Shown here piece after piece: positions 1 to 12,084 of a stretch of 64,000 nucleotides of DNA (positions are counted from its first letter, which is position 1; each line of letters begins with the position of its first letter). The notes below the pieces were generated by a model. The model was not told the DNA's origin and ran no database searches. It saw nothing but the letters and a program-made list of their open reading frames with translations. The translations under genes were made by a program, and so were the position numbers. The stretch covers positions 124,001-188,000 of the forward strand of contig NW_020844822.1 in NCBI RefSeq assembly GCF_003704095.1. Reading direction: 5' to 3'. Source of the stretch: Pocillopora damicornis (Eukaryota).

Positions 1-95
1 AGACACTCTTCAAAATGTTCTCGCTTTGTGAAATTAGTTACCGTTGTGAGCTCCGTTCAGCGTCTCTCGCGAAAGTGTCTGTCTCCATCCCTGCA

Positions 96-3000
96 TTACC
101 GAGTGTAGTAAACTCGGTAATACAAAGTCTTTGACCTGAACAGTGAATATGAATTATCAAACTTGAGAAGATACACGCCGCGGCCTGGATATAAGTGACT
201 TCCAATAATCACTTCCTCGTTACAAGGCCTCCGTACGACAGGCAGTACTTCGTCTACTCTTGGTTTGGGGGGACTGGACTCGTTTTCAGCCGATTTATCC
301 TCTTCTCCGAATTCCTCGTCGTCAGATTCGTTCACCGCGACGGTGATGTTCTTGGTTTGCGGTTGCGACCATTCAAAGCTGACTCCAAAGCCTAAATCGT
401 AGAATTCAGTGGCAAATTCCCAAAATACACATGTTCCTAAGAATGAAGGGTAACAAACAGTATTTTTGAGCCGATAAGTGTTAAAATAGTGGAGTTCTCG
501 ACGTAGTAAACTGGATAAAACTGCAAGATGCAGGGCCACTTATTTATCTCCTCGTACTTTGTACTTCAAAGTACTGAAGTACTTAGCTCAGCTGACAGAC
601 TATCTTTGAACCCAGATCAAAATTTTTGACATGAGTCGATCGAGTTTCACTTAAACTCGTTGTAACTTGCCAATACTAGTAAATAGCCAAATTTTGTATC
701 TTAAAATTCAACTTTAAACAACAGAGGTCAGGTCAAGGCTCTGGGGAAAGAACCATAGAGTTTGTGTAAAAAAGTAAGAGTTTGTGTGGCTCATTCCTTA
801 TAGCCTCATTTTGACGTCTCTTGTTTGATACTCAATTTCAACACATTGAAATTAGGCTGATGTAGGACAGTTGTCCTGCACTTACCCCCTTCATGTGTAG
901 GTACACGAACTGTCATCGTCTCCCCACGTCCAACAACTAACACAGAAGTAGGATCAGACTTGAGATGTTGAATAAACTCTTGGACTTTTGGACGCGTCCA
1001 TAATGAAGGGGGTGCTATCCTTGGGGTGCCATTCACTGCCATTGTCTTGGGCTTGATGACAAAGAGCATATATCATGATTCGCATTAAAATAAAAATGTT
1101 TATCAATAATTGGACTAATAACATTTTGACCTGTATCTTTCTGTCTAGTTTACTCTTCAGATGCAATGGGACAGTCAAGTTACCAGTGTTGTCATCAGAG
1201 CACAAAAAAGAACTGGCAAAATCCCATCCCGATTTGTTGAGCATGATGTGAATTGGAGTACATCTACTCTCCCTCTCTGAGTTGTAAGTCCATTGCAATT
1301 TTCAGTACGGAAAATTTGCATACTGATGTTTGGGTGTTAAAGGTTAAAACTGCAACTCAGCTGATCTACCTGTTGATCTGGTGTCTGTTGTTGTTGATAT
1401 TGCTGCTGCTTATTCAACATTTGTTGTTGCTGTTGTTGTAAGAGTTGTTCCTCTTGCTGCTGCCTCAGAATAATTTCTTGTTTTCTCCTGAATGTGATGG
1501 AAGTAAATTAACTTTTACCCAGTAGGTATTTCTGTATATTGGACACATACAAGATACTTCTTGCAAATCAACTTGAAATGCACCCATACTGACACAATTC
1601 ATGTACTCCATACTAACGCAACTACTTCACTGCATTATAATGCTAGTATCAACTATACTGGATGTAAAGTTTTGCCTTGGGATAAGTTTTGTTGGTCAGA
1701 TTTTCCAATAAAGAGCACTCTTATCAAGAGAAGAGAGAACAACACCACCACAAGTGTGGAACAAAGTCCAAATAATCCTCTAAAAATGATTCAAACCTAA
1801 GCCAGTTCCAATTTCACACTAGAAAGCTCTACCAACCAAGCTCAAAAAAACTGGCAGCTGGCCTACATGTAGTTCAAATTAGAAAGGGTAACAACATTTC
1901 AAGCAAATAATCATCTCATTTTCAAACACAGTTGGCCATGATAGCAACTTGCTATAATCACCTCATGCAAGGTGATTATAGCAAGATATGATGTAATCCT
2001 CAACCAATAAGAGCATGCCCATCTTCCAAAAATCACCACAGCGATTAAACTAATGAAATTTACATGTATTATAACTCTCAGCTAGTAAGTGTTCTATGAT
2101 TGGTTAATTTAGCAGGCCATATTTCACTGTACCGCCTGCTACATTAAAAATGTTGTTTAAACTGAAATCTTTCCCCTCTATTTGAACCCAGAGATATGAT
2201 AAATATCTTACTAACCTACATGTACTTCTCTCAGTTAGTATTGTAAGTTACAGAACCACCTTTTTTCAGCGGAGATTTTTTACCTACACATTCTGAGTGG
2301 ACCTTGCACTCAGTAAACAAGAGGTATGTAAAATTCACACACCAAAATTTAGTAGAAACATTAACCCCTGTTTACCTTTCCTCCTCTTCTTCTTCAGCTT
2401 TTCTCCTCATTTCCTCTTCCAATAGTCTCTGCCTCTCTCTCTCTGCAGCTTCCTCTGCTTCCCTTCGCAGTCTTTCCTCTTCTTCCTTTCTCATTCTTTC
2501 CTTTTCTTCTTTTTCTTTTTGTTGTGCTTCCATCCAAGGAGCTAACTCAGGTGAACATGTCCCTAGTAATGTACAGAACTTCTTCATGGCTTCCCTAGGC
2601 TCCATGTTACCGAGGCTCTCCCATGCTCTCCTGTTAAAGAGAAAACAATAAACGTAAGAAAAATTAGTTGTGCTAATTTAGCATCAAAACCAGTGACAAG
2701 GGTTGAAATTGAAGCCATAAACAGAAGGCATAGAAGAAAGACAGTAAATTCCATTAACACCTCAATTTCCACAACTGAAATATCCTCATATGTGTCATTC
2801 TACGGGAATGTGATGAGAATAAACAAACTTATTGGCTTCAGTAGTTATCAACCCAGGGAGAGGTGCTAGTGCCAAAAAACAAATTGTCTACCGAATCAAA
2901 GCTTAGACATTCCATATCTTAAATTCTTGAATCTGCCGCTGAAGAGGGTATATTATTGATTCAAGAACAAATGGTGGCTTAACCCTTTAATTCTTAAGAT

Positions 3001-5212
3001 CTAATTGGTAATTCTCCCCCCCAGCTGCTACACACATCCTTGTAAATTGGTTATGAGAACTTGGTGTTAGATGAAGACAACAGCTTCTACCTGATAAGTT
3101 TGAATATTCTCATTAGCTGTTTGCTGGATAATGTAAGGATATTACAGGGAGAAGTTTCATGTTGATCACTTCTGGGAGTTAAAGGGTTAAAAGGTATATG
3201 GAAATAAGAGACTGATGTAAACTTCAATGCTTCACTGTAATAGCCAAATTTTATTTCTTTGTTTATTCTTTATCTATTCATTCATTCAGTTATTTATTTG
3301 GTTATTCAATTAACATCTTTACCTCCTGTCATTGCCAATAACATCAAAATATCCTACATCTGGGTACTTTTCAGGGTCAAAAGCTCCACTTGAAACTTGT
3401 TTCCAATATGCAGTCAGCTGAACTTTGTCATCATAAGTAAGCTTTATTATTTGCTTTTCTGCAGAGTGAGAAATAAATCAAATGCACCAATGGAAATGCA
3501 TGTACAAGTTGCACTAAACTAATCTTGAACACTCAATTTAGTCTTGGATTCACAGTGACACAGTCATACAAACAATTTGATTGGCTCTAACTCATGATCT
3601 GTTGGAGGACAGACGAATAAATGCTGTTGCCATTAACCCTTTACACCCTAACATCAGTATCCACATTCTCCCTACTCTTCTCTACACATTCCCTTTAGCA
3701 CTGACAAGGAGAATTTGTGGAACAATCAAAGCTTCCTTAGGTGGTAATCATTTCCTTTATTTTTGTGATCTTAATGAATGATTTAGCCATATTACTGTAA
3801 GGAGAAATTAGATACTGGTCACTCTCAGGGTTTAAAGGATTAACAACATTTTTCTTTTTATCATATATATCAAATTAATTCTATGTTGCCATGAGTCTGT
3901 ACAGTAATACAGTTGAACTTGTATTGAGCGGTCACCCATGGAGAATGGCAGGGTGATCCCTTAATACAGGTTAACAGCTTATGCAGGTTCCACAGAATAG
4001 GGGTAAATTATGAAAGAAAATAAAAAACATTGCATAACGCCATAATTGACCATTACATGTACAAAAGTTCCTTTAAAAATACCACTAAGATTGATTTTGG
4101 AAGATAAAAATACATTTAACTTAACTTGAAAGATAATTCTCAGTTTAATTAGAATGGTTTGGCTTGAAGTGATCCTTCAATGCAGGTGGAGGACAATACA
4201 AACAGGCCTTTGGGACTCATTAAAGAGTAACTGACACTGTTATGTAGAGGTGAAAATTACAGTTATAAGGGGTAACAATTTCAGGACTTTGAAAACCAAC
4301 TGCTTGAAATAGGGTGACCATTTAATTTAGTGCTGCTTAATACAGGTCTGACTATAGATCACAAAAGATGTAAAAACCTGGTAAGAACATCAGTGACACA
4401 TTCACTGTAACTTATGTGCTCCTTTTTTGTTCTTACCACATTTCGATGTCATGTGTGATCAATTACTAAACAGACGAACTGCAACATGGAATCTATTTGT
4501 GTTCTATTTGTGGGAAATGACGAAACCAGCTGTGATGAATGCTGGGGAGTACAATCACAAAAAGATCTCCCTCTGATATGCAAAACAGTGACAAAATACA
4601 ATACTCCAAGTCCTTAAAGGCTCTAAGGAATTTTCCCAGAGCTCTCTCAGAGACAACAAAATCCTGAAAAAATTTCGCCAAATTTAGATGATTTCAAATT
4701 ACAAGAAGCAAAAACTTAGAATTAAATGAAAAAAAAATCTATGCAGCCCTCCAAGGTTGATTACCTTTGTCTGGTAAGTGAAGGGACACGAATAAAGTAA
4801 TTTCAAATTAGAAGATGTACAAGCTAGCTTCCGAAAACTTAAAAGAATTTAGGTAAATGGCACTTTAATGGAACAAAAACTAGCAATTGTGTAAATAAAC
4901 TACTTCATCAAGGTAATTATCGCGAAAAAAAAGCAGAATGGGTTATAAGAAAATCAGAGCAACCTAAACAAATACAAAATGTATAAGAATTTACAGATAT
5001 GCAGAGATGAACTGCGCAACTGGCATACCTTTGTGATAATACTGTAGGCTAAGTTTGTAGTATTCCGGTAAGGAAAATCCATAATTATACGGTAGTTCTT
5101 TTTCTCCTATTTCTGAAGCTCCTTCGGTCTCCCCAGAAGCGTTTTGGTCGTCAGTAATGGTTAAATCATGAGAACTTTCCACAATATCGTTATTACCCTC
5201 GCCTTCCGCCAT
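96..5212 (-). CDS. ACBD3: Golgi resident protein GCP60 / acyl-CoA-binding domain protein 3. Exons approx. 5212-5029, 3458-3323, 2630-2376, 1487-1370, 1051-886, 436-96
   Basis: Hand splicing gives GT-AG introns with compatible phases. Domains: ACB ([20 protein letters not shown]), charged coiled coil ([20 protein letters not shown]), Gln-rich exon, C-terminal GOLD ([61 protein letters not shown]). Confidence 0.95.
2979..3190. mobile_element. ~210-bp TTAACCC...GGGTTAA interspersed element (related copies near 36060-36262, 39630-39841, 42720-42862, 45256-45439)
   Basis: Termini TTAACCCTTTA / TAAAGGGTTAA and shared core AAGATCTAATTGGTAATTCTCC..AGCTGCTAC..CCTTGTAAATT. TTAA ends suggest a piggyBac-like MITE. 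Confidence 0.75.
3633..3843. mobile_element. Second TTAACCC-terminated subfamily (related copies near 31829-32037, 34725-34930, 40086-40292)
   Basis: TTAACCCTTTACACCCTAACATCAGTAT..ATTCTCC..ACT..TCTCTACACATT core recurs in both orientations. Confidence 0.7.
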
Positions 5213-5982
5213 ATTGCCACGAGTACGAACCAATAACATGGAAGCACGCATGCTCGGATTTTTGTCAAACCGGAAGTCAAGTAGCAACAGGAAACGAATA
5301 AAACATCAGCTTTTTGATAACAGTTAGTAATAGTTTCCTCATTTTGGCGATGGCCTGCTTTTCTTTTGCAGTGGAAGCCGCTATTCATACAGTTTTAAAT
5401 GTTTCTGAGAATATGCTCCTCTTTTCTAACAGAATCTATCAGGAAAAAAGGTAAATCAAATCTTTACCCTGTCAGATTGAGAGGCATTTCTGCTAATCAC
5501 TGGCTTTGCTAAATGCGTCTTTGAAATGACATCTCAAGCGAAAACAACTTGTTAATATAAAAAGTGGTAAAATCACGGAAAGGGGATGGAAAGTGGGAAA
5601 ATTTACCCGGTGTCTACACTGTCTTTACATGTCATGAGTTTTCATGAATATTGTAACTAAATCAATTCCAAAATAGTTTGGTTGCTAAAATCAAAGCATT
5701 TTTCATGTGCCATACGACTTTTGACCTCCGCTTTTCAGATGTCGGCCTTTCTTTATTACGGAATAAAATAATACCTTATCACAATTTTTTGAGTAAAGGA
5801 AATGACTGATGCGGTACAACTCATGGTCAAAGACCGTTACAAGAGCGAACAGGTTGCACAACTGATCGCGTGATCATAGGTATTATGTAGAGTCACGCAA
5901 GGAAACCAAAAAGGTGAAAGATTACATTACAAAACCTGTTGCTGTTGTATTTCTCAGAAATATAACAGCAACCACAGCTGTC
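5213..5982. promoter_or_regulatory. Probable bidirectional promoter between ACBD3 and trehalase
   Basis: Divergent start codons ~770 bp apart; ETS-type motif CCGGAAGT at 5270-5277. Confidence 0.5.
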
Positions 5983-7764
5983 ATGATGGAGGCGTGGGGC
6001 TTTATTCTTCAGCTCTCTTTTCTAGCCCTTAGTATGAAGGGAATTAATGCCGAGAAACCTGCTTGCAACAGCGAGATATTCTGCCGCGGCGATCTTCTTC
6101 ACACCGTTCAAATGGCTCGTATTTTTAACGACTCCAAGACGTTTGTTGATATGAGACTCCAGAGTGACGAAGCGGACGTTTTGCAGGCATTCAAGGCTCT
6201 TGGACCATCGGCTAACATATCGAAAGAACAAGTGATCAAGTTTGTGAATGAAAATTTTCATCACGTAGGACATGATTTGCAACAGTGGACTCCACTCGAC
6301 TGGCGAGAAAATCCCGCTTTTATTGATCACATAAAGGACAAGAACTTGAAGACCTTTGCATCGAAGCTCAATGAGTTATGGAAGAAGCTGGGAAGAAAGA
6401 TAACTGACGAAGCGCGAATGTACCCCGCGCGATCTTCTTTGATTTTAGTGGCAAATCCATTTGTTGTTCCTGGTGGTAGATTTCGAGAATATTATTACTG
6501 GGACTCGTACTGGGTTGTAAATGGTTTACTCGTTTGCGGCATGAAAGACACTGTCAAAGGAATGATTGACAACTTCATTCAGCTGGTTAACACCTTCGGG
6601 TTTGTTCCAAATGGGGGTCGCATTTACTACACAAATCGAAGCCAGCCTCCATTTCTAATCCCAATTGTGGGCCTTTATCTCAACAAAACTGGCGATGTAG
6701 ACTATGTGAAGTCCATTTTGAATGCCCTGGAGAAAGAATACACATTTTGGAGGAAAAATCGCACTGTTGAAGTTGAATTGTCTTCTGGAAAATATAAGCT
6801 GTCCATCTACGCTGCAAACATGAACACCCCAAGACCGGAGTCTTATTATGAAGATATTCACACTGCTCAAGAAGTACCTGAAGACGCCAGATCAACTCTG
6901 TTCCAAGACATAGCATCCGCTGCCGAGAGTGGCTGGGATTTCTCGACCCGATGGTTTAACCATACTGATTACAAGAGGGGGTCCCTCAGTAGTACCCGGA
7001 CAAGGCAGATCATACCCACAGATTTGAACAGTATTCTCTATGCTTGCGAGAATCTACTGGAAAAGTTCTTTCGTATGACCGGAAACACTGCTAAAGCAGA
7101 TGAGTATAAAAGCTTCTCGGAGGCCCGTGCAGCTGCTATAGAAGCTGTATTATGGGACGAAAAGGGACTATGGCTTGACTACGATCGGCAATTGAAGAAA
7201 AGAAGGGGTGATTTTTATGCGTCAAGCGTGGTTCCACTCTGGGCTGGGGTTATTCGGGGCAACATTTCAAGAGAGATGATAGTTCTGAGGACGCTCAAGA
7301 GACTTAGAGTCCTCGATTACCCTGGGGGTCTCCCCACCTCGTTGTTCTCATCAGGTCAGCAATGGGATTTTCCAAATGCATGGCCACCCTTGCAACATAT
7401 GCTTATTGCAGGTCTTGCAGAATCAAACGGCGAAGGGATGAAACAGGAAGCCTTGAATTTCGCTCAGAAGTGGATCACTACCAACTACAAGGCGTGGCGT
7501 GCTACCAGTCATATGTTTGAGAAATTCAACGTGAGCGTTCAAGGTGCCCCAGGGGGCGGGGGTGAGTATGATATTCAAGTCGGGTTTGGTTGGACCATTG
7601 GAGTCATTCTAGACCTGTTACAACGATACCCAGACGAGTTGGTCAGCGGACAAGCGCACACAACACTTGTTAGAAATCCACCACCAAAAGCCAGCGGATA
7701 TCTGGTAGCGGCAACCAACACCTTTCTTATTTGCAGTATTGTTTTGATAGTATTTGGAATCTAG
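5983..7764 (+). CDS. TREH: Trehalase (glycoside hydrolase family 37), single coding exon, N-terminal signal peptide and hydrophobic C-terminal tail
   Basis: GH37 motifs DSKTFVD, PGGRFREYYYWDSYW, PNGGRIYY..RSQPP, PRPESY, AAESGWDFSTRW, QWDFPNAWPP, GGGGEY..QVGFGWT. First in-frame ATG is at 5983; the ORF track starts at GTG 5914. Confidence 0.96.
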   Translation: MMEAWGFILQLSFLALSMKGINAEKPACNSEIFCRGDLLHTVQMARIFNDSKTFVDMRLQSDEADVLQAFKALGPSANISKEQVIKFVNENFHHVGHDLQQWTPLDWRENPAFIDHIKDKNLKTFASKLNELWKKLGRKITDEARMYPARSSLILVANPFVVPGGRFREYYYWDSYWVVNGLLVCGMKDTVKGMIDNFIQLVNTFGFVPNGGRIYYTNRSQPPFLIPIVGLYLNKTGDVDYVKSILNALEKEYTFWRKNRTVEVELSSGKYKLSIYAANMNTPRPESYYEDIHTAQEVPEDARSTLFQDIASAAESGWDFSTRWFNHTDYKRGSLSSTRTRQIIPTDLNSILYACENLLEKFFRMTGNTAKADEYKSFSEARAAAIEAVLWDEKGLWLDYDRQLKKRRGDFYASSVVPLWAGVIRGNISREMIVLRTLKRLRVLDYPGGLPTSLFSSGQQWDFPNAWPPLQHMLIAGLAESNGEGMKQEALNFAQKWITTNYKAWRATSHMFEKFNVSVQGAPGGGGEYDIQVGFGWTIGVILDLLQRYPDELVSGQAHTTLVRNPPPKASGYLVAATNTFLICSIVLIVFGI

Positions 7765-8706
7765 TCTCGTACCCACACGGTTACACGGTAGGATCTGGGT
7801 ATGATACGAGATTATTTAGAAACTAAGGTACCTCTGTCACACCTCAATTTTTCCTGACGTGACAGATGTCACGCAAGAGTCATAATATAGGCTTCGTAGA
7901 CAATTAGATAGACTTTCAAACCTCATTTAACATACTCGTTCCATATCAAACGATTATGTCAATTACAACGGTATTTAGCATTTTTGTTACATTGTGGTTT
8001 AGAAGTGTAAACTTATTAGGGTCAGGTTTCAATAATAAAGGGGAGGGTAGGGTAGGGGATAGTCGCTGGGATGGAGGAAACCCTCGAGTGACCGAGTCGG
8101 AATTGGTTTATTTCTAAATTTGATAGATTGAGAACTTCTGTGCCTGTTTTATGGACCAATCAAATTATGATGTAGAGCAATACTAAAAGCTATCGGATTT
8201 CTTTCGATACAGTTGAAAAAAGCTCTATCTATCTTTCTCTTTTAACTTCGGGTTGACGAAAGTACCCTGGATTATGTAGAGGGTGCGAGAAATTCCAGAA
8301 AAATAATTCAAATGAGAAGTTTGCTCTTCATTTACATGCGTAAACATTCATGTTACAGAGTAAACTGACCATGATTTCTAGAAATTAATCACTAGGAAAA
8401 ATTTAGGGCTAAAAACATTTTATGAATGTACAGCATATGGAACTGCTTGACACTTTACTCTTTAACTTTGACCTTCGAATCGGATTAAGTAAAAAGTCAA
8501 GATTTAATCGTCATCTCTGTTTTTTTTGTCTGTTTATTTGTTTGTTTTATTCACAGTAGGCTTCTCCCTTTTTGTAATCCATCTTGTTCTTGTTCTTTTT
8601 CCTTTTGAAGTGTCTTGTGTCGACTAATCGGACCTTGTTTATGTGACTAAATTTCCTGCCATGTTACGGTGTCTGGATTGTGTGACGTTTCCACTGTAGC
8701 AGAGCG

Positions 8707-11700
8707 CTACGTCTGGAAAAATCTCTCCACTGCTTCAGCTGCGGGATAAAACACTAGTTCATTGAAATGCACACCATCCAGAGTCCCTTTCGGGTAGGAG
8801 CTTGAAACGGGGTAAACATCGAGGACTAAGAAACCAGCCTTGCACATCGCCCAATTCGCGTAAGCATTGAATAGTTGTATTCTCTAAACAAGATAAAAAT
8901 AAAGTGTAAGAATCATCTCAACTCAAATAGAGGTAACTTTTACCAGACTTTTTATTTATTTATCTCCTAATTTATTTAGTCTTGAAGAGAATTTTAGTGG
9001 CTACGCCTTTTTTGACTTGATGGTTTGAAAAAATAATTATAGTTATTACTAACACTAATACAATTAAAATTGATATTATCAATATTTAAATATTTTCTTT
9101 TAAACTAATCACTATTGCCATGTGTGCATTAGCCTGTTCTAGGCGTTCAGCTGATAAAACGAAGCGAAACAGCGAACGGCGCGATGCCAGCGGAGGAGTG
9201 AAAAAACGACGGAGTTTTGGTCACGTCTGGTACCCGACCTAAACCTCTCTCGTCCACAACATTAGCGCTGTTTACTATCGCGCTTCGTTTTATTAACTGA
9301 ACGCCTGGAACATGCTTATGTGCAAAAGGGTGTGTCCGCTATCAATAAAACTACCTGATCGGAGTGAAAACGTCGAAAACAGCCACTGTACAGCTCTCGT
9401 TGGTCATGAATGGCAGTAGTGCTCTTCCATATAACAGTTCCTCTGTAATAACGTTTTAACACGCTAATAAATCCATTAATTACTTTTTGATAATTGTAAA
9501 AACTCGCGCTCTTCAGTAGGTGCACACCCGCATTCAGAATAAGGGCACTGTCTTGGTCCATGTCAGAGCGCGTGACTACGTTTTGTAGCTCGTAAAGGAT
9601 CCTGGGAATGTTGATAGGCTTCCTGCCAAACATCAAGTTCATTTCTTCTTTAGCGCTCTGTGTTAATACATACACCCATAACATCGTATGATAGCAGGCT
9701 CGGAAGACTTGCCAGCAAAGCGGTCGTTTTAGAAGAGACTCGTAAAAGTAGCGATTGAGAGAATCGCCATAGACCCACAATATTCCTCGGCCTTGTTGGT
9801 GTCCAGATCTCCCGAGGCTTGCAGTGAAGCCTGAGGACGTGATCGTGAAAATAACGATTTTTAAAACATCACAAAATTTGTTGGGCTTAAAGATGGCGAC
9901 TTATTTTACTGCACAGTCGAACTTCTCCAAAACAGACGCCAAAGTAGTGGAGGGAAATTTCCGTAACGGAGAGCTGCCCGAATTACCTACGTTACCACGG
10001 TGTTTTGCAAAAAACAAAAAAGCAAGTATATGCATCTGAATGTATTGATATGAAGTACTTAAACGTGGTCTTACTGAAAAAGGAAACGTTGTACAACGCA
10101 ACTCCCTGATGTGTTTTTCTTCCAACGTCTTTTTCATATTGGAACGCTTTTCTCGAATAACATCTTGAATGTTATAACCTTTTGGATTAATATCAGTATC
10201 TGGGCAACTACCCACCTACCCCTCCCCTAACCCAACATTAACCTTAACTTGTTATCCATAGAGTGTTGTTGGGTTAGGAGAGGGGTAGGTGGGCAGTGCC
10301 CAGATACTGATATTGATCCAATCTTTTCTTACTTTTTCTCGTTTACAGGGTCTACATTTTTTCCCGTTTTCACCCATTATCAGAGGATGGAAGACCTAGG
10401 AAAAGAGTTTGTATGATGCTAAAACTGTTAACAAAAGAATCGTCAGAACACCTGCCTGTTTGATATGGCCTCCACTGTTCACCGATCCATGACCCATATC
10501 CGTCAACTAAAAGATTACATTTCTCTTTGCAGGCTGTTTGGCTTACTTTTTTAAATGCATTGATCTCTGACAAAAAAAAGTAGCGAGACGATTTGTGTAT
10601 GAGGTGTTCTATCTCACAGAAATGTTCACTCTTTGATTTTTGACTCTAACACAGAATGTGAACGGGAGATACTGACACAAACTGCGTTTTTCATCGGGCA
10701 AACATTATGTACCCGCAGATAATTGTTTTGCAAGCCTATCCTGTTCCTGAAAAGAAAGATACCCCAATGAATTAAAACTTTTAGCCTGAAGAAACACAAT
10801 TTTGTCTATGTTTGCATTTGCGTTACCAAAACATCTGTAGAAAATTTTTTTTTATCAAAATTCGTATTTTGCCCCAGAAATAACGAGGCGTCTTGACGAG
10901 AAGAGGTTGCTCTAAGGGTACCCCTTACGCTATATATTTATTGTAGATCATGCTGCCATATCCTGAACCAAAGTATCAAACAAAAATTCGAATATCTTTT
11001 TGCAATCCCTTTTAAATCATCCTCATGGCTACACAATCAATACGTTATCTCACCCTTGGCTATGATCGTTGAAGATGAGGGAACACTGAAAGTAATTTGT
11101 TCGCCTCCTAGTCGCCCCTGCAAGAAATCATGCGTTCTGTTACCCAGGCTCCCATGTGGCTGGAATGAACCGTGTCGACAGCCTGGGGAGAGAGACATAC
11201 ACTGAGGTTTGGAATTGGGTTTGTCAGATTGTGCATTATTAATTTTTTGTAAAACTCAGTTTCGGGAACAATCAACTTTGGATCACGGAGTCCACCATAA
11301 TCCCTGAATTAATTCAATGGAAACATATTTTTGACAGGGGATCTACCTTGAGCATCAAATTATATTAGCGAGAGGATGACTTGTTAGTGACACTGCTCAT
11401 TACAGATTCATTTTCAAATGTTAAGCACCCACCATCCCACAAGTGTTTACGAATTTAGACTAACTTTGAACAGTGTATCATAGATCTAGCGAGGATTCGA
11501 ACATGGGTTATAATTTTAGAGTGCCAATACCTTTTATTTTGGATATCGTTGTGTTTTTTATTACCTCTCATAAACCAATCCACTGGTGGATCTTTGAATC
11601 CCTTGCATAGCGAATAATCCAATGTTATCTCCGCCCTGTACAGCCCAGGCTCCTCTGGCAAAAACACAGCTTCGTATACCCCGTTTTTTTTGTCGTACAC

Positions 11701-12084
11701 CGTAGCTGCCATGTTGGAAGGTCCCCGAATGTCAACGCGCCAAGAATCCCCACCGATTGTTTTATTTTCGTTTTTCACTGAAACTGACTGAATGTAAATC
11801 TTGCTGAAGAATCCTACAGGTTTAATATCCAATTTTTTGACATAACTTTTGCTAGCTCTTGTTTGAAGCTTTTTGTCCAGCGGTTTTGCATCCCAAGACA
11901 CCCGTGTTAAGCAATGACCAATCAAATTTTTCCATTCGTACCTGTGCATGCGCATTTGGCACCAGGCAAACTTGAAATCGATCACATTTTTTCTGTAGTT
12001 TAGCCTTTCATTTTCGAAGTGTTTTTCAGCGTCGAAGCATGTTATAAAACTTATGAAGATGAGTATAGACAGTGTTGTCATCAT
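8707..12084 (-). CDS. NXPE-like (neurexophilin/PC-esterase, SGNH-type) secreted protein. Exons approx. 12084-11565, 11182-11054, 10566-~10456, 9830-9355, 8883-8707
   Basis: Signal peptide MMTTLSILIFISFITC; Ig-like segment KTIGGDSWRVDIRGP..VYDKKNGVYEAVF; LWVYGDSLNR; LILNAGVH; VIWKSTT; terminal LDGVHF. Exon phases are compatible if intron 3 has a GC donor. Confidence 0.8.
9131..9316. mobile_element. MITE with ~36-bp imperfect TIRs in the last intron of the NXPE-like gene
   Basis: AGCCTGTTCTAGGCGTTCAGCTGATAAAACGAAGCG ... CGCTTCGTTTTATTAACTGAACGCCTGGAACATGCT, flanked by TA. Confidence 0.75.
10184..10319. mobile_element. Palindromic MITE with 8-bp target-site duplication (family copy 1)
   Basis: Arms GGATTAATATCAGTATCTGGGCA.. 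/ ..TGCCCAGATACTGATATTGATCC; flanks AACCTTTT / AATCTTTT. Confidence 0.85.

Noticed and set aside
2304-2651. Ser/Leu-rich + strand ORF and other antisense ORFs over trehalase, sHSP, the methyltransferases and ABCB10
   Set aside because: Shadow frames of real exons on the opposite strand.
11054-11303. Longer exon 2 for the NXPE-like gene starting at acceptor 11303
   Set aside because: All frames from that acceptor hit stops; the acceptor at 11182 keeps the frame.
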